Source: Desulfurococcales archaeon (lineage in GTDB: Archaea > Thermoproteota > Thermoprotei_A > Sulfolobales > NBVN01). Taken from it: a DNA stretch of 52,074 nt. The translations under genes were made by a program, and so were the position numbers. Under the pieces are notes generated by a model that saw only the letters and a program-made list of their open reading frames with translations, did no database searches and was not told where the DNA came from. The stretch is from positions 1-52,074 of the forward strand of contig WAOL01000079.1 of NCBI GenBank assembly GCA_015521295.1. The letters run 5' to 3'. This document shows positions 49,493 through 52,074 of this stretch, piece after piece; position 1 is the stretch's first letter; the number at the start of each line of letters is the position of its first letter.

Positions 49493-50242
49493 ATGGAGTT
49501 ACTGCCGGGCGTCGAGGTGGTTGCTGAGCTACCAGTGATTTACTTGAGGAAGCTAAAAGTGCTAGTCCTAGCAGACACCCACATAGGTTTCGAGGAGGAG
49601 ATGGCTGAGAAAGGAGTCTTCATACCGGCGTTCCAGTTAAGGAGGGTCCTAGGGATACTTGAAGAGTCCCTCAACTTAGTTGATGTGGACAAGGTAGTCA
49701 TAGCTGGAGACTTCAAACATAGATTCTCGGGTTTAGGAAGAGCTGAGAGAAGAGAATTAAGCGAGGTACTCACATACCTCCTTCCTAAGGTGAATGAAGT
49801 TATAGTCGTTAGGGGGAACCACGACAACTACTTGCCCTTACTGAAGAGGAGATTTCCCTTCGAGATAGTTAACGAGTTGCTGCTGGGGAAGTATCTGATA
49901 GTTCATGGACATAGACCCCTTAACGAGGTTCAGAGCGATGAGTGGGAGGTACTGATATTCGGGCATGAGCACCCCAGCATAACACTCAGGGACTCTATAG
50001 GTACTATAGGCAAGTTTTCATGCTTCCTGGTAGGCAAGTTAGAGGATAGTAGGGACTTCCTAACTCTCCCGGCTGTCGGTGCGTACCAGACAGGGTCGAG
50101 AATAACGCTTGACCGGAGCACCTACCTTTCACCAATACTCAAGGAAAATGCCGACCTTGAGAGCGTGAGGCCTGTGATAGTTGACGAGGAGGTCGGATTA
50201 TTTGAGTTGCCCCCGCTTCCAGAGTTCCTGGATTTCATGTAG
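49493..50242 (+). CDS. Calcineurin-like metallophosphoesterase (COG1407-type)
   Basis: ADTHIGFE, AGDFKH, RGNHD, HGH, GHEHP. Confidence 0.92.
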   Translation: MELLPGVEVVAELPVIYLRKLKVLVLADTHIGFEEEMAEKGVFIPAFQLRRVLGILEESLNLVDVDKVVIAGDFKHRFSGLGRAERRELSEVLTYLLPKVNEVIVVRGNHDNYLPLLKRRFPFEIVNELLLGKYLIVHGHRPLNEVQSDEWEVLIFGHEHPSITLRDSIGTIGKFSCFLVGKLEDSRDFLTLPAVGAYQTGSRITLDRSTYLSPILKENADLESVRPVIVDEEVGLFELPPLPEFLDFM

Positions 50243-50283
50243 ACGTGCGTTACCAAACTAAAAATTACTTAAAAACCCCTCTG

Positions 50284-50300
50284 CCCCCTTTAAAAGGGGG
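50284..50300. promoter_or_regulatory. Inverted repeat CCCCCTTT-A-AAAGGGGG immediately upstream of tbp
   Basis: Perfect 8-bp arms, TATA-like centre, downstream of CTTAAAAA near 50268. Confidence 0.5.
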
Positions 50301-50305
50301 TTTAG

Positions 50306-50881
50306 GTGGAGATTAAACCAATAATTAAGATTGAGAATATAGTAGCAACAGTCACACTTGACCAGAAACTAGACTTAAACGCCATAGCCCGCTCCGTGCC
50401 TAACATAGAGTATGACCCGGAGGAATTCCCGGGCCTCATACTCAGGCTTGAAAGCCCTAGGCTCACGGCCCTAATATTTAACTCAGGCAAGATGGTCGTC
50501 ACGGGTGCCAAGAGCACTCAGATGCTAATCAAGGGCTTCAAACACATTATGAGGATATTCGTCAGGCACGGCATAATAATAGTGGGTAAGCCCAAGATAC
50601 AGATCCAGAACATTGTGGCTTCCGCGAATCTAGGTGTGGAGATAGATCTTGAAAAGGCCGCATACCTCCTCCCCAACACAATGTACGAACCTGAGCAGTT
50701 CCCCGGGCTAATTCACCGCATGAAGGAACCGAAGGTTGTGCTACTAATATTTAGTAGTGGTAAGATGGTAATAACCGGTGCTAAAAGCGAAGAGGACGTA
50801 CAGAAAGCAGTCTACAGCATTTACGAGAAACTAAAGGAATTAGGATGTGTTAGGGAATCACCGCAGAGCTCGCCTTGGTAA
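50306..50881 (+). CDS. tbp: TATA-box-binding protein
   Basis: Two repeats [46 protein letters not shown]. Confidence 0.98.
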   Translation: MEIKPIIKIENIVATVTLDQKLDLNAIARSVPNIEYDPEEFPGLILRLESPRLTALIFNSGKMVVTGAKSTQMLIKGFKHIMRIFVRHGIIIVGKPKIQIQNIVASANLGVEIDLEKAAYLLPNTMYEPEQFPGLIHRMKEPKVVLLIFSSGKMVITGAKSEEDVQKAVYSIYEKLKELGCVRESPQSSPW

Positions 50882-51064
50882 TAAGGATAAATAACGACTT
50901 AGTTTTCATTTAAAAAATCAAGCCCCTTAATGGAAGTACATAACTTCATTTACCTTCAGCTTTGTCTATCCGCTTACCTCCGTATGCCTTGATATAATTC
51001 AAAATTTTTAGTAAGATACGTCTGAGGCCCAGAGTAGAAATAAGGCTGAAGGCAGTCTCTGGAG

Positions 51065-51131
51065 TGCTGTCAGAGTGAACTGGTGGTCTTCATCCTTAGC
51101 CGTCTAAGGCTGCCCACCTCATCATCCAGCA
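51065..51131 (-). ncRNA. C/D box sRNA D
   Basis: TGCTGg-ATGATGA-ggtgggcagcct-TAGA(D')-cggctaagg-ATGAAGA-ccaccagttcact-CTGA-CAGCA; 5-bp terminal stem. Confidence 0.85.
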
Positions 51132-51178
51132 TAATATATGGGTAAGGGGCAGAAATGTTTTGATGTTTAGTGGAAACG

Positions 51179-51186
51179 TTTTATAT
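51179..51186 (+). promoter_or_regulatory. BRE/TATA promoter with no protein gene downstream
   Basis: GGAAACG-TTTTATAT about 28 nt before the GC-rich structured block. Confidence 0.55.
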
Positions 51187-51212
51187 GGGTTAGTGACTGG
51201 GCTATTTATTGA

Positions 51213-51416
51213 TTAGGGGCGATGGGAGCCGTGCTCCAACCCCATGGGATATAATCTCCTAGATGGAGGCCCCGGCCGTTGGGCTCGATAGTCACCCATG
51301 ACCTTAAGGGGATGAACCTCTGCGGAGTGAGCCCTCTGGGCGAGGTGGAACTCCCTAGGCGCGACCACGAACCAACATAATAAAACGAAATGGAATGAAC
51401 ACCTAGGGAGAAACGA
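51213..51416 (+). mobile_element. Structured element resembling an orphan TnpB/IS607-type 3' end (omegaRNA-like)
   Basis: Hairpins and a 9-bp inverted repeat CTCCCTAGG/CCTAGGGAG; out-of-frame peptides LDGGP, PLGSIVTHD and LWARWNSL recall crenarchaeal TnpB C-termini. Confidence 0.5.
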
Positions 51417-51444
51417 CTAATTAATGAAGCATTACATTACGGCT

Positions 51445-52071
51445 TTAAAGATACTTTTCTTCAGCCTTCATCAGGTGTCTTTGCTTTATGAAGAGTATTG
51501 TACCGAGCACACCCGTAACAGCCCCCGCAGCCGAGGTAAGGGCGGAGACGAATGCTAATGCGGAGTATGGTCTGCTTAACTTAATTATTACGTAAGTATA
51601 CGTGATGTTACATTCCTCGGGTACGGTAACGTTAAGGAATTCAGCACCAGGTACTGTGATGGATGCCGCACCTTGACGTACCTCGGCAATGAAGCTCTTG
51701 TTCGTGCCATATATCGCTACATTAATGTACCTCAAGTTACAGCCAGACACCTTAAGCGTTAAGTTAGTCACGAACGTTTCCACGCCCGCCAATACATCAG
51801 CAGGGGGCATGTTCTTAGGTATTCTTTCTCCGGTAACGATGGGACCTTGTTCTACGAACTTCGTCGTGTATCTTATTTCAGTGGACATAATCGCTAGGGG
51901 TATGGTAATCACTAATAGCGTAAGCCCTATCACCACGAGCTTCTTCCAGTATATGTATGGCGGCTTATTGGATTTCCTTATTGGATACAAAATCTTTGCC
52001 TCAAATGAATAGTGAATTAACAACAATATAAAGAGTATTGGAATCAACGCGACAATTTTATGCTTGCTCAA
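51445..52071 (-). CDS. Membrane protein of unknown function (5' end uncertain at window edge)
   Basis: Hydrophobic N-terminal helices, beta-rich middle with sequons, C-terminal TM helix. Confidence 0.65.
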   Translation of the reverse strand: MSKHKIVALIPILFILLLIHYSFEAKILYPIRKSNKPPYIYWKKLVVIGLTLLVITIPLAIMSTEIRYTTKFVEQGPIVTGERIPKNMPPADVLAGVETFVTNLTLKVSGCNLRYINVAIYGTNKSFIAEVRQGAASITVPGAEFLNVTVPEECNITYTYVIIKLSRPYSALAFVSALTSAAGAVTGVLGTILFIKQRHLMKAEEKYL

Positions 52072-52074
52072 TAA

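Noticed and set aside
51167-51180. AGTGGAAAC as an ORB / replication origin
   Set aside because: Single partial match without TCC or G-string; better explained as a BRE before TATA
300-52012. Numerous 60-230 aa antisense or alternate-frame ORFs
   Set aside because: Overlap well-supported genes and show no motifs
1-52074. CRISPR array, integrase, transposase, tRNA introns
   Set aside because: No spaced repeats, no recombinase or transposase ORFs; both tRNAs are uninterrupted

Overview
Core-genome segment of a crenarchaeon (Thermoproteota, most like Desulfurococcales). It opens in the 3' end of a 23S rRNA with no 5S following and holds about 57 CDSs. Most are housekeeping: translation (aIF2-gamma, rps24e, rps27ae, rps15, rps3ae, rps6e, rpl15e, rpl37e), transcription (rpoE1, spt4, aCPSF1, TBP), KEOPS (kae1, bud32, pcc1), RNase P proteins, proteasome beta, cdc6, egsA, a methylmalonyl-CoA mutase/epimerase cluster, a MoxR/DUF58/DUF4129/DUF4350 locus and an mtnP operon. 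There are two tRNAs (Ala-GGC, Leu-GAG). The most interesting content is non-coding and absent from the ORF track. (1) Four C/D box sRNAs; guides in three of them plausibly target 23S G2251 (P-loop), 23S U2552 (A-loop) and tRNA-Thr(UGU) U34/G51, and the rRNA-directed guides seem to use G-U wobbles repeatedly. (2) A promoter-bearing RNA of about 115 nt made of two canonical kink-turn hairpins, lying between a divergent uncharacterised AEP primase-polymerase fusion and mtnP. (3) A promoter-bearing structured element resembling an orphan TnpB/IS607-type right end (omegaRNA-like) with no tnpB. Also notable are a membrane-anchored Pop5, an apparently inactivated DHH protein and a 23S helix-101 apical deletion. 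All target and family assignments come from motif recognition and recalled consensus sequences; no searches were run.
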